Made by a program: the position numbers and the translations under genes
Source of the DNA: an uncultured Candidatus Saccharibacteria bacterium
GTDB lineage: Bacteria > Patescibacteriota > Minisyncoccia > Minisyncoccales > GWA2-38-27
DNA length: 64,000 nucleotides
Direction: 5' to 3'
NCBI GenBank assembly: GCA_964447515.1
Contig: CAYUSS010000001.1
Coordinates: 4,092 to 68,091, forward strand
Notes under the pieces: generated by a model
Told to the model about the DNA's origin: nothing
Seen by the model: the letters and a program-made list of their open reading frames with translations, nothing else
Database searches by the model: none
Shown here: positions 47,742 to 58,836 of the stretch, piece after piece
Layout: the number at the start of each line of letters is the position of its first letter
How positions within the stretch are numbered: position 1 is the first letter of the stretch

Positions 47742-48194
47742 TTATGTTTTATGTTTTTTGAGGAAATCATTGGCTTTTTTTAAAATTTCTTTTGATTTTT
47801 TAAAATTCAGTTGTTCAAGAGCTCGTTCATAAGGCAGCCATTTATATCCAGTATGCTCAAAAGAAATTTTTACTTCTTTAGTTTTTGTTTCTGCTAAATA
47901 AAAAGTGACTATTTTAAAAACCAAAGAAGCTTTTCCTTTTTCTTCTCTTTTCAAATTATAAGTACTCCGGAAAAAATATTTTATCCATTCTTTAAAACCT
48001 TTTATTATTTTAATATCTTCAATGCCTGTCTCTTCTTTAACTTCCCGCTTTGCTGTTTCCTCTTCGCTTTCGCCTTTTTCAATATGTCCTTTTGAAAAAT
48101 CCCAATGCCCTACTTCATAATGCAAAAGCAGGTAATAAATCTCATTATTTTCCTTCCTAAAAATTACAGCTCCAGCTGATTTCTCAAAAGGCAT
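47742..48194 (-). CDS. NUDIX hydrolase (Ap4A hydrolase-like)
   Basis: KGHIEKGESEEETAKREVKEETG Nudix box; SFEH..Y.W. Confidence 0.92.
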   Translation of the reverse strand: MPFEKSAGAVIFRKENNEIYYLLLHYEVGHWDFSKGHIEKGESEEETAKREVKEETGIEDIKIIKGFKEWIKYFFRSTYNLKREEKGKASLVFKIVTFYLAETKTKEVKISFEHTGYKWLPYERALEQLNFKKSKEILKKANDFLKKHKT

Positions 48195-48346
48195 ACCCCG
48201 TAGAAGAATTTCGAATTAAAAATTTCTTCGAAATTTTTTATTTGCCCCGCAGGGGCCTTTCGAAATTTCTCTACGGGGTATAATAATATCTCTCTTTATC
48301 TTAATCCTAAATTATAAAAAATAAAACCCAAAAAAAATTATTAGAC

Positions 48347-48374
48347 TTGACAGTTTTTTTTAAATGACTAATAT
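48347..48374 (+). promoter_or_regulatory. Sigma70-like promoter TTGACA-16-TAATAT for structured RNA locus 2
   Basis: gacTTGACAgttttttttaaatgacTAATAT, with the same geometry as 36174. Confidence 0.6.
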
Positions 48375-48380
48375 AACATA

Positions 48381-48809
48381 GAGTGCGAGGGAAGGTCCAA
48401 AATGCATTGCCCGGTATAGCTGAAAATAGTGATTACGAACACTGAGGAAAACCCGCTTTCAGCAAGCTGGGCAATGCAGCAATTATTTTTTAGAAATCTG
48501 GTCTGTCCGAGAACAGCACAGTAGAGGTAAAAGGCTCCGCACTATAATAGGGCAAATAACCTGCTACACAGCGCTCGGCAGCACCGGAGCCCCGCTTGAG
48601 CGGGGCGCAATAGTTCTTTCAGATTTGGGATGGTGAAAAGGCAACGATAGAGGCTTCCCGCTTAGCACCCCCCCCAAGCCCCTATGTCGTTTTTTCTCAT
48701 AGCCGTCCTATTATATAGGGTTGTGAAAAAAGTTGTGTCTCAGTTCCCATCAAGACACGGCTACTCCTTTCTCAACCCCGGCCGGGCTAACACTAGTCCG
48801 GCTTTTTTT
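48381..48809 (+). ncRNA. Putative structured ncRNA locus 2 (~430 nt, four hairpins plus long-range pairings)
   Basis: Stems 48403-14/48467-78, 48494-501/48619-26, ~48627-48707 and 48718-23/48773-78; no ORF; promoter and terminator present. Confidence 0.65.
48781..48809 (+). terminator. Intrinsic terminator
   Basis: GCCGGGCTA-ACAC-TAGTCCGGC-TTTTTTT. Confidence 0.8.
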
Positions 48810-48837
48810 ATTCACCCCGTTTAGAAATTCACGATTT

Positions 48838-50568
48838 CTAACGGGGTTTAAAATATTTTAATAATTTTTCCAAAGGTCGGGTGTTAATTATGTCTTTTTT
48901 CTCCGCCCAGCCGCGGCGAGCCTGGTATACTCCGAATTCCATATATCTCATCTGGCTTTTGTGATGACTATCAGTATTAATGACCAATCTCACTCCCATT
49001 TCAATGGCTTTTTTTATATTGATGTCGTTTAAATCTAATCTTCCAGGAAAAGAATTTATTTCTAAAATTGTATTGGTTTCTTGGGCGGCTCTTAAAATTT
49101 TTTCTATATCTATTTGGTATTCATCTCTCTTTTTTAAAATTCTTCCGGTTGGATGGGAAATAATTTTAATATAGGGGTTTTTCATTGCTTGAATTATCCT
49201 CTCGGTCATCTTTTCTTTTGACATTTTAAAGTTGGAGTGAATCCCGGCAATGGCATAGTCCAATTTTTTTAATGCCTCATCTTTAATATCAATGGAACCG
49301 TCATTTAAGATATTGGTTTCTGCTCCTTGAAGAATTCTAAACTTTATATTTTGTATCTTGTATTTCCTGTTTAATTTATCTATTTCTTCCCGCTGCTGAG
49401 CTAATTGTTCCTCATTTAATCCCTGTTCAATTCGTAAAAATTTTGTATGGTCAGTAATCCCTAAATATTCATATCTTCGCACCATAGCCATATCTTCCAT
49501 CTCTTTAATTGAATTTTGCCCTCCATCCCATTTTGAATGACAATGTAAATCCCCCCTTATATCTTTTAATTCTACTAATTTTGGCAATTTTCTTTTTAGA
49601 GCGGCTTCAATTTCCCCTTGATTTTCTCTTATTTCCGGAGGAATCCATTGGAGGCCAAGAACTTTATAAACACCTTCTTCGGTTTTGCCGGCAATCATTT
49701 TCTTGCCCCGAAAAACCCCGTATTCATTAAGTTTTAAACCTTTCTCTAGGGCAATTTTTCTGGTAGCAATATTATGCTCTTTTGAACCAATAAAATACTG
49801 CAGAGCAGAACCATAACTTTTTTCAGGAACCACCCTGAGATCCATATCAAAACCATCTCTCATTCGGACCGAGGACTTTGTTGCGCCTCTACCCCAAATT
49901 CTAATAACTCCTGGCAAAGAAACAAAAAAATCCATTATTTTTTTTGGATTTTTTGAAATTACCAAGAAATCAACATCACCGATTGTTTCTTTCCTTCTTC
50001 TAACCGAACCGGCTACTGAAATTTTCTGAACCTCCTTTAAATTTTTAAGTTTTTCTTCAATTTCTTTAACAATGGGTAAAATATTCCCTAAAAGAAATCT
50101 TCCCTTACTTTTCTTTAAGAAAGCGATTCCCTCTAAAATATTTTTCTCTGTTTTTATTCCAAAACCTTCTAAATTTCTAATTTTCCTGGCTTTAGCGACT
50201 TTTTCTAAATCTTTTAGGTCCTTCACTCCAAGTTCTTGAAAAAGAACTTTTGCTCTTTTAGGCCCCATTCCTTCAACCTTTGTTATCTCTTCTAAATTTA
50301 GAGGCAGTTTCTTTTTAAATTTTTCGTAATATTTAATCTTTCCTGTTTTTAGATATTCTTCAATTTTTTGGGCAATGCTTTCCCCAACACCGGGAATTTC
50401 TTCAAGCGCCTTAATCCCTCCTCTTTCATAAATCTCCTTAACATCCCTCTCTAAGGATTCTAAATTAAGAGCGGCTTTTTGGTAAGCATAGGGCTTAAAT
50501 TGAACTTCTTCTATTTCTAAGAAGTAAGCTATCTCGAAAAAAATCTTAGCCAATTCCTGGTTATTCAT
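48838..50568 (-). CDS. polX: DNA polymerase X / PHP domain
   Basis: AGSVRR+ETIGDVD, GSKEHN, DLHCHS..DG, TDH, NTDSH. Confidence 0.95.
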   Translation of the reverse strand: MNNQELAKIFFEIAYFLEIEEVQFKPYAYQKAALNLESLERDVKEIYERGGIKALEEIPGVGESIAQKIEEYLKTGKIKYYEKFKKKLPLNLEEITKVEGMGPKRAKVLFQELGVKDLKDLEKVAKARKIRNLEGFGIKTEKNILEGIAFLKKSKGRFLLGNILPIVKEIEEKLKNLKEVQKISVAGSVRRRKETIGDVDFLVISKNPKKIMDFFVSLPGVIRIWGRGATKSSVRMRDGFDMDLRVVPEKSYGSALQYFIGSKEHNIATRKIALEKGLKLNEYGVFRGKKMIAGKTEEGVYKVLGLQWIPPEIRENQGEIEAALKRKLPKLVELKDIRGDLHCHSKWDGGQNSIKEMEDMAMVRRYEYLGITDHTKFLRIEQGLNEEQLAQQREEIDKLNRKYKIQNIKFRILQGAETNILNDGSIDIKDEALKKLDYAIAGIHSNFKMSKEKMTERIIQAMKNPYIKIISHPTGRILKKRDEYQIDIEKILRAAQETNTILEINSFPGRLDLNDINIKKAIEMGVRLVINTDSHHKSQMRYMEFGVYQARRGWAEKKDIINTRPLEKLLKYFKPR

Positions 50569-50579
50569 AATCTTAGCCC

Positions 50580-51215
50580 TTAGGATTTTCTAAAAGGAAA
50601 AAAGCGCGGGAAAATATGGTCCCTGGGGAGAATATGCTTATGAACAAATAAAAGGAGAAAAGATGAAATTATAGTAAAAACTCCGACTAAAATAAGAACT
50701 ATTTTAAAACCAAAAGTGGCAGCTATAATTCCTCCAAGACCGGCAGTAATTCCCGCCCCAAGGCCCATGCAGGTACTGTCCATGCCCCATTCAAAAGCCA
50801 ATCTATTTTTATCAATATGCCTGGTAAAAATAGCATTCCAAGAAGGAACAAACAAAGCCATACCTAAAGCATGTAATACTTGAAAAACATAAATATGCCA
50901 GGGTAAAAAAGAAATCAAAAATCCAAAAGGAGTTAAGCCAGTTATAAATAATCCCAAAACCATAAACCAATAATCATCTTTTTCTCCGTGAATATTGTCT
51001 AAATACCGACTAATCGGAACCTGAGAAAATGACTTTACAATCCAATAAATAAGAGCTGTAAAGCCAGCCACTTCAGCTCCTTTTACAACATCTCCGGCAA
51101 CAATATTTTTTAAAATAAAAATGGCGAAAATAGGACTAATAAAACCCCAGGCAGAACTTAAAAAGAGATCACTGGCTATTAGAAATTTTATAACTATGTT
51201 AATTGATTTAGACAT
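50580..51215 (-). CDS. Half-size MFS-type membrane protein
   Basis: About 6 TMs; MFS-like motif spacing. Confidence 0.65.
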   Translation of the reverse strand: MSKSINIVIKFLIASDLFLSSAWGFISPIFAIFILKNIVAGDVVKGAEVAGFTALIYWIVKSFSQVPISRYLDNIHGEKDDYWFMVLGLFITGLTPFGFLISFLPWHIYVFQVLHALGMALFVPSWNAIFTRHIDKNRLAFEWGMDSTCMGLGAGITAGLGGIIAATFGFKIVLILVGVFTIISSFLLLFVHKHILPRDHIFPRFFPFRKS

Positions 51216-51308
51216 AAATAGCTATTAATCATTATACTCTTTCATTTTACCAAAAATTTTAGCAAAATTCTAATATTAAAACGAGGTCTGGTCTCATAAA
51301 GACGGGCC

Positions 51309-52316
51309 TCATAAAGAAAACTTATTAGCTATATTCTTTACACTTCCTGTTAAAAATTTTATTCCTAATTTTATCAATATTATCAGCCCAAATAAAGCAA
51401 CTAAAACTTCTGCTCCTCTTAGAATAAAACTAAAAGTAATTCCTGTAGCCGATCCTAACCCTAAAGAACCAAAAGCAAGAGCCTGAGCTATTTCTGAGCT
51501 CCCTGCTTTAGCTGGAAAGGGAAATATATAAGACAGATGAACAAAAAATAATATTGTCAGAGCAATCAAAATATTCATCTCCCCGACTAAAAAGAAAAGC
51601 AAAAACCAACAGCGGACAAAAGCTGAAAAAATTTTCAAAAAAGTAAGCCCCAAACCTTTCCACATTAAACTTTTTTTAAAATCAAAAAAATGAAAAACTT
51701 CTTTCTCAAAATCTTGAGTTATATATTTATTTTCTTTACCATTGACTCCAAAAAATTTCGGAAACCATTTTAAAATACTCTCTTTTTTAAAACTTTTAAA
51801 GTAAAAAACAGCTAAAAGCAGGGTTAAAATCCCTATAAAAACCCCGACAGCTATTCCCAAATTTCCCAGAGGACGATTAGTTAAAAAAAGAAAAGAAATT
51901 GCTCCAGAAATTAAAAACAATAAAAGAATACTTATATAAAGCAATTTCTCAATAGTATTTACAGTAAGATTTTTTTCCCAGTTTAGAGAAAATTTTTTCT
52001 TAATAGCGTAAATTTTAAATGCCTCTCCCCCAAGAAAACTTGTAGGGAATAAATAACTAATAGCGAAACTGGCAAACAAAATCTCCCCTAAACTAAAAAC
52101 AGAGAGATTATATCCCTGAGATTTGAAAATAAACTTCCATCTCCAAATTTCAACTAACCAAATTAGCAAAGTTATCCCTATAATCACCAGCCCTTTGTAG
52201 CCAGAAAAAGTAAAAAGAATTTCTTTTATCTCTTTCCATCCTACCCATTTAATAACCCAGAAAAAAAGCCCCACTCCAATTAAAAAAGAAACTACAAAAA
52301 TCAAAATCTTTTTCAT
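51309..52316 (-). CDS. Lysylphosphatidylglycerol synthase TM / flippase-like (UPF0104) protein
   Basis: RW motif, P...GGE..+, E+, PAKAGSSE; ATG 52316 preferred. Confidence 0.8.
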   Translation of the reverse strand: MKKILIFVVSFLIGVGLFFWVIKWVGWKEIKEILFTFSGYKGLVIIGITLLIWLVEIWRWKFIFKSQGYNLSVFSLGEILFASFAISYLFPTSFLGGEAFKIYAIKKKFSLNWEKNLTVNTIEKLLYISILLLFLISGAISFLFLTNRPLGNLGIAVGVFIGILTLLLAVFYFKSFKKESILKWFPKFFGVNGKENKYITQDFEKEVFHFFDFKKSLMWKGLGLTFLKIFSAFVRCWFLLFFLVGEMNILIALTILFFVHLSYIFPFPAKAGSSEIAQALAFGSLGLGSATGITFSFILRGAEVLVALFGLIILIKLGIKFLTGSVKNIANKFSL

Positions 52317-52541
52317 ACAATAATGCTTAATACCCGACATTGAATACCGAATCTGGCAGGAATCAGACCCCTATTATTTTTCAATATGTTTAATGTCGGG
52401 TATTAAACATATATTTTCATATCATATATAAACATTATATTCTATTTTTAGACAAAAACAAAACCAGCACCGAACTTCGCTTTAGTGCTGGTTTTCTCAA
52501 ATCTTAATAACTAAACCATTCCTGAAAAAAATCAAGAAACC

Positions 52542-53291
52542 CTATCTACTTTTACAAAATTTCAAAAGTTCTTTGGCGTTTTCAACGGCATAGCCCATTG
52601 CGTCATTATTGAAATAGACATAAATATCTAAGTTTTGTTTTAAATATTTTTTGATTTTTTTTGCCCATTTTTTTAATTCTTTTTTTGAATAATTAGAAGT
52701 ATAAAGAACTTTCCCACCGTGCATTCTAATGTAAACAAAATCTCCAGTAATTATCTCTTCAAAGGGCCATTGAGGCGAATCGGCTAAACAAAGAGAGATA
52801 TTTTTTTGTTTTTTTAAAATCTGATAAACATCTTTTGAAAACCAGGTTGGATGGCGGAATTCCAGAACAAATCGGTATTTTTTATCGGTGTCTTTTATCA
52901 TTTCCACAAATTCTTTTAATCTCTCTAAATCTTTTTTCCAATTAGGCGGTAATTGGAACAAAAATGGACCGAGTTTATCTTTTAGATGCAAAGCTCTTTT
53001 TAGAAATGTTTTCCAGGCGGTTTTGCATTGATGGAGATATTTAATATGAGTAATGTGCCTTGAAACCTTTATTGCAAAAACAAAATCCTCACTTGTTCTT
53101 TTTCTCCAATTAGAAAAACTCTTTGAAGAGGGCAATCTATAAAAAGGATAATTCATTTCTACCGTATGAAAATACTTAGCATAATATTCCAGCTGTTTTG
53201 TTTTTGCTAAACCCTTGGGATAAAAAACATTATCCTCCCAATGAGGATAGCTATAACCGCTTGTTCCAATAAACAGTTTTCCTTTTGGCAT
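52542..53291 (-). CDS. DUF72 family protein
   Basis: IGTSGYSYPHW, VE.N..FY..P, LFQLPP, EFRH.TW, Y.R.HG, YFNND. Confidence 0.92.
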   Translation of the reverse strand: MPKGKLFIGTSGYSYPHWEDNVFYPKGLAKTKQLEYYAKYFHTVEMNYPFYRLPSSKSFSNWRKRTSEDFVFAIKVSRHITHIKYLHQCKTAWKTFLKRALHLKDKLGPFLFQLPPNWKKDLERLKEFVEMIKDTDKKYRFVLEFRHPTWFSKDVYQILKKQKNISLCLADSPQWPFEEIITGDFVYIRMHGGKVLYTSNYSKKELKKWAKKIKKYLKQNLDIYVYFNNDAMGYAVENAKELLKFCKSR

Positions 53292-53357
53292 AATTCAACA
53301 ATTCTATAATACGAGACCCGACCTCGTAACGAGGTCGGGTCTCGTATTTACGTTTTT

Positions 53358-53428
53358 ATAAGAACCTGCCTCGCTAACGCTCGGCAGAACCTTGATTCGC
53401 TAAGGAACAATCATATAGTCTTGAATTA
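53358..53428. repeat. Repeat module A, empty copy
   Basis: ATAAGAACCT-hairpin-AGAACCTTGATTCGCTAAGG...ATAGTCTTGAATTA. Confidence 0.75.
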
Positions 53429-53463
53429 AAATAGAGAAGACAAAAATTCTCTCAGAAAGGAGC

Positions 53464-53940
53464 TCAATCCTTGTATTTTATTTTTTTAATTTTATAAATT
53501 ACTTTTATCGGAGAAGAAATAACAATCTCGTCTCCAACCTGATGACCTAAAAGAGCTTTTCCTACCGGCGATTCATTGCTAACTTTCCCCAGGGAAGGAT
53601 TTGCCTCCAGGGTTCCTACAACCTTAAATTCGTCTTTATCTCCGTCTACCTCTACTAACACTTTAGATCCTAAACAAATAATATTTCTTTTCTCTCTTGA
53701 GGGAGATTTTATTAATTCTGCATTTTTTAAAATATTCTCCAATTCAATAATTCTTGTCTCAAGAAAACTTAAATCTTCTTGAAAGAAAAGGTATTCAGGA
53801 TTTAAATCCTCAGAATGTAAAATCTCCGGAGCCTCTTCCCCTCTTCTTTTAGCTAACCTAATTCCTTCCAAGATTTTATATTCTTTTTTTATATTTTCCA
53901 AGCCTTTGGCTGTCAAATAATACTTTTTTTGCTCTCCCAT
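53464..53940 (-). CDS. greA: Transcription elongation factor GreA/GreB family
   Basis: LT..G, EDLNPEY, SNESPVGKALLG. Confidence 0.88.
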   Translation of the reverse strand: MGEQKKYYLTAKGLENIKKEYKILEGIRLAKRRGEEAPEILHSEDLNPEYLFFQEDLSFLETRIIELENILKNAELIKSPSREKRNIICLGSKVLVEVDGDKDEFKVVGTLEANPSLGKVSNESPVGKALLGHQVGDEIVISSPIKVIYKIKKIKYKD

Positions 53941-54066
53941 ATCTTTTGCTTAGTAAAACTTACTGATTTGGATCTTTTAGTTTGTTTTTTAAGTTTTTAA
54001 CAAACTTCGGGATGCTTTTCTATTTTATTCTGCCAAAATAGTTTGTCAAGTCCTTTTATTAACATT

Positions 54067-54334
54067 GCCCGACAGGATTCGAACTAACATCAATTTAGCG
54101 GAGCGAATTTTATTCAAATTCAAGGCGCGAGGAGTGAAGTGTGTTATTTACACACGAGCGACGAGCAACAAAGAAGCTGGATAAAATTCACCCGCCCGCA
54201 GGGAAGCGAAATAATAGGCCAATTTCTTCGTTACTCCTCCTCGAAGTGTTTTCTAACACTCCTTCGTCGTCGTGCCTTGAACTTGACCTATTCTTTCGCT
54301 TCTAAACTTGATGGTAGTTCGAATCCTGCCGGGC
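54067..54334 (+). mobile_element. 268-bp MITE-like element, copy 1
   Basis: TIR GCCCGACAGGATTCGAACTA; inverted near-identical copy at 58342-58609; no transposase. Confidence 0.8.
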
Positions 54335-55279
54335 TTACAAAAAGTACTCGCACTCATTGCATCTTTTTTCACAAAGACGCTTTTTGGACTCTTCAGAAAA
54401 GTTAAGCGCTAAATGTCCTTTTGGTAATATCGGTAATTCCCCCAAATCAACTTCAACATATCTTATTCCTGATTCTGACCTTATCTGTTTTGTTATGAAA
54501 TCATCTATTCTTTCTAAACTAGGGGAAACAATATCAATAATTAAATTATGATGCCCAGAATAAACCTTAACTAGATTATAAACCAGGGGACAGTTCTCAA
54601 ACCTTCTTATCAATTTAGAAACAACATCAGGAGAAGTCTCAATTCCAATAGTAGCTGTCACCGAATAAAATTTTTTAATATTTAATAATCCTTGAATTTT
54701 TAATATATCCTTTTCAATTAATTTTTCAACTCTATTCTTAGCCCCGACCGGAGTTAATCCAGTCTCCTTTGCAATTTTAACAAAACTTTTTCTTCCATTT
54801 TGGGACAAGATCTTAATTATTTTAAGGTCAATTTTGTCCAAATTCTTTAAATTCCAAAAGCGAGGAGCGGGATAATCTTCAACGGAAAAATCAGCTACTT
54901 TTATTCTGTCGCATAAAACAGCAAACTTTATATCTTTGAGCTTTAACTTTTTTCTCTTTCTTCTCATCAAATCCATTATTGTCCGGTAGGCCTTGCCAGT
55001 AACAATATCATTATCAACCAATAAAACTTTTCTCCCCTTTATTTTATCTTCCTCTAATCCCTTTCCATAATCATCCATAGTAATAAAAGTTATGTTTTTA
55101 TTTTTTTGAGATAACCAATGGTAAAGCCCTTCAGCATAAAAAACACCATCATCTTCTAATCCGATTATACACCCTTTATCTTTACCAAAATATTTCTTTA
55201 CTTCTTTTCCAATTCCATTAATAAACTTTCTAACTGGTTTAAGATCCAAAAGAGTATTTTTCGGCATATTTTTTAACAT
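54335..55279 (-). CDS. PRTase-like domain fused to Lrp/AsnC regulator
   Basis: VLLVDNDIVTG PRPP-loop-like; LDKIDLKIIKILSQNGRKSF.KIAKETGLT AsnC HTH; C-terminal CxxxCxxC. Confidence 0.7.
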   Translation of the reverse strand: MLKNMPKNTLLDLKPVRKFINGIGKEVKKYFGKDKGCIIGLEDDGVFYAEGLYHWLSQKNKNITFITMDDYGKGLEEDKIKGRKVLLVDNDIVTGKAYRTIMDLMRRKRKKLKLKDIKFAVLCDRIKVADFSVEDYPAPRFWNLKNLDKIDLKIIKILSQNGRKSFVKIAKETGLTPVGAKNRVEKLIEKDILKIQGLLNIKKFYSVTATIGIETSPDVVSKLIRRFENCPLVYNLVKVYSGHHNLIIDIVSPSLERIDDFITKQIRSESGIRYVEVDLGELPILPKGHLALNFSEESKKRLCEKRCNECEYFL

Positions 55280-56126
55280 AATGTTTTATTAAATCATCAC
55301 GAAGTTCAGGAGTAGAAGTAGCAATTAATAAATCCATCTTATCATGTTGTCTTCCGGGAATAAATTGGTAATCATTATAGCTCCCGTCAGAACCAACGCT
55401 AACAATCTGACAGTTAGCTTTTTTAGCAATTGGAAAACCAGGATCAATCTCTGAACGCGGCTCATTAAACATCACATAGGCATCAACTAATCCTGAAGCC
55501 AGGAAGGCATAAATATAAGAGCCGCCTTGAGGATAAAAAAGGGCTTTAGGATGCATATTTCTGATTAAGTCTTCAAAAATATCAAGAAACTTTGGAGAAT
55601 ACTGAGAACTCATTATGTAACTAGATAAAACAATGGGTTCGGTCAATTTTTTCTTGAAAGAAGGTTTAATTTTCTTTTTCTCCCCGGTCTTCATTGAAAC
55701 TAAATAATTCCCATCTTCTTCGGTGATATAATATTTTTCATTAACAATATCAGCTATGCCGCAGTATAAAGGGCTTTTCTCTTTGTCAAAAAAACTCAGG
55801 ACAGTATACCAATTGTGTTCAAACCCTCTAAGATAAAGCATTGAACCGTCAAAAGGGTCAATAGAGCCGAAAATTTCCCCTCCGTTTTTAATATCTCTGC
55901 CTTCTGGTTCAGAAAAAATGGTTGCTTTTATTTGATGTTCTTTTAAAAGTTTTTCTAAAATATCTTCTCCTACTCTATCAATTCCAATTTCCAGGTCTTC
56001 CGGCCTATTTATTGTCTCGCCTAAAACCTGTCTTCCCCCTCCACCGGCGGCTATTCTCTTTACCTCTTTAACTGTCTCAATCAGGTATTCAACTAACAAG
56101 TTTTTTATTTGCTGTTTTTTTCCCAT
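55239..56126 (-). CDS. Inositol monophosphatase / FBPase family
   Basis: D..GE, SE, IDPFDGS, ASG.VDAY. Confidence 0.75.
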   Translation of the reverse strand: MGKKQQIKNLLVEYLIETVKEVKRIAAGGGGRQVLGETINRPEDLEIGIDRVGEDILEKLLKEHQIKATIFSEPEGRDIKNGGEIFGSIDPFDGSMLYLRGFEHNWYTVLSFFDKEKSPLYCGIADIVNEKYYITEEDGNYLVSMKTGEKKKIKPSFKKKLTEPIVLSSYIMSSQYSPKFLDIFEDLIRNMHPKALFYPQGGSYIYAFLASGLVDAYVMFNEPRSEIDPGFPIAKKANCQIVSVGSDGSYNDYQFIPGRQHDKMDLLIATSTPELRDDLIKHYVKKYAEKYSFGS

Positions 56127-56273
56127 TACTTAAGTGTAGCATTTTCCTTTCTTTTTTAAAATAATCAACACCCGACGTTTCCCTTGGCGTCTCTGACGCC
56201 AATTCCTCAACGTCGGGTGTTTCAATAACGTCGGGTGTTGATAAACTTAGTTGGTGTTAAGTCGGGTTTAGGT

Positions 56274-57914
<1,641 letters not shown>

Positions 57915-58044
57915 TCAGCGGACAACGAACAGCGAGCAATAATATTGACGTCTGTTGGTATCAAATACCAACAGACCATAAATAAGAAATTTTATTGTTC
58001 ATTGTTGTGTCCTTTGTTTATTGTCCATTTAGCCATTATTGAGT

Positions 58045-58335
58045 TTACTCAATAATGGCGAGTACGTCTTCTTGTTTTGCAATTAAATAGTTTTTATTCT
58101 CGACCTTTATTTCATTTGGACCATATTTAGTAAACAAAACCTTATCTCCGGGTTTCACCTCAAGAGGAATAATTTTCCCGGAACCCGTTTTGCGGCCCGG
58201 TCCTGTTGCAATTACTTTCCCCTGTCCGGGTTTTTCTTTTTCAGCGGTCTGGGGAAGTAAAATTCCTGTTTCTGTTTCTTCTTCTTCTTTCATCGGTTCA
58301 ATAAGTATATGATCTGAAAGTGGTTTTATTTTCAT
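58045..58335 (-). CDS. groES: Co-chaperonin GroES
   Basis: MKIKPLSD, TGILLP.TA.EKP, VK.GD.V; true ATG at 58335. Confidence 0.96.
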   Translation of the reverse strand: MKIKPLSDHILIEPMKEEEETETGILLPQTAEKEKPGQGKVIATGPGRKTGSGKIIPLEVKPGDKVLFTKYGPNEIKVENKNYLIAKQEDVLAIIE

Positions 58336-58341
58336 AGTTCT

Positions 58342-58609
58342 GCCTGACAGGATTCGAACTATCGTCAACTTTAGAAGCGAGAGAATAGGTCAAATTCGAG
58401 GCACGACGACGAAGGAGTGTTAGATAACACTTCGAGGAGAAGTAACGAAGAAATTGGCCTATTATTTCGCTTCCCTGCGGGCAGGCGAATTTTATCCAGC
58501 CTCTTTGTTGCTCGTCGCTCGTGTGTGAATAACACACTTCACTCCTCGCGCCTTGAATCTGAATAAAATTCGCTCCGCTAAATTGATGTTAGTTCGAATC
58601 CTGTCGGGC
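58342..58609 (-). mobile_element. 268-bp MITE-like element, copy 2 (inverted)
   Basis: Reverse complement of 54067-54334 with scattered substitutions; ends 6 nt upstream of the groES ATG. Confidence 0.8.
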
Positions 58610-58643
58610 TAGTTTTATAATATTAGCAGTGACGACCTTTATC

Positions 58644-58714
58644 CCCACACCAGAACAAGGACTGGCTTTGCCAATTTTCCCGCCTTCGGCGGGTTGTCCT
58701 TGTTTGGTGTGGGG
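58644..58714. repeat. CCCCACACCA...TGGTGTGGGG palindromic element with inner CCCGCCTTCGGCGGG hairpin
   Basis: Inverted ends; relative at 52460-52495 (AAAACCAGCAC...GTGCTGGTTTT). Confidence 0.7.
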
Positions 58715-58836
58715 GTTTAGCTTGTTAATCATGTAATAATCTATTTTAATCATAATCAAAAATCTGTCAAGTAATTTGACAGTAGTTTGACAGCACTACA
58801 ATTGACTTTCGGCTCAAATCTTGATATCATTAATTT

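Noticed and set aside
48419-48463. Hammerhead ribozyme (CTGAGGA and GAAA present)
   Set aside because: Order and spacing leave no room for stems I and III and the NUH site.
48381-48770. RNase P RNA (GAGGGAAGGTCC ... AAGACACGGCTAC superficially similar)
   Set aside because: The two segments cannot form the P4 helix, and there is no P1-P3 upstream of the GAAAGTCC-like word.
54139-54405. Paralogous small ORFs MCY(L/S)HTSDEQQR (also 58298-58537)
   Set aside because: Both are read-throughs of the two MITE copies, with no transposase motifs.
58623-58728. CIRCE (HrcA) element upstream of groES
   Set aside because: Only one degenerate arm (TTAGCAGTG); no 9-nt-spaced partner even after removing the inserted palindrome.
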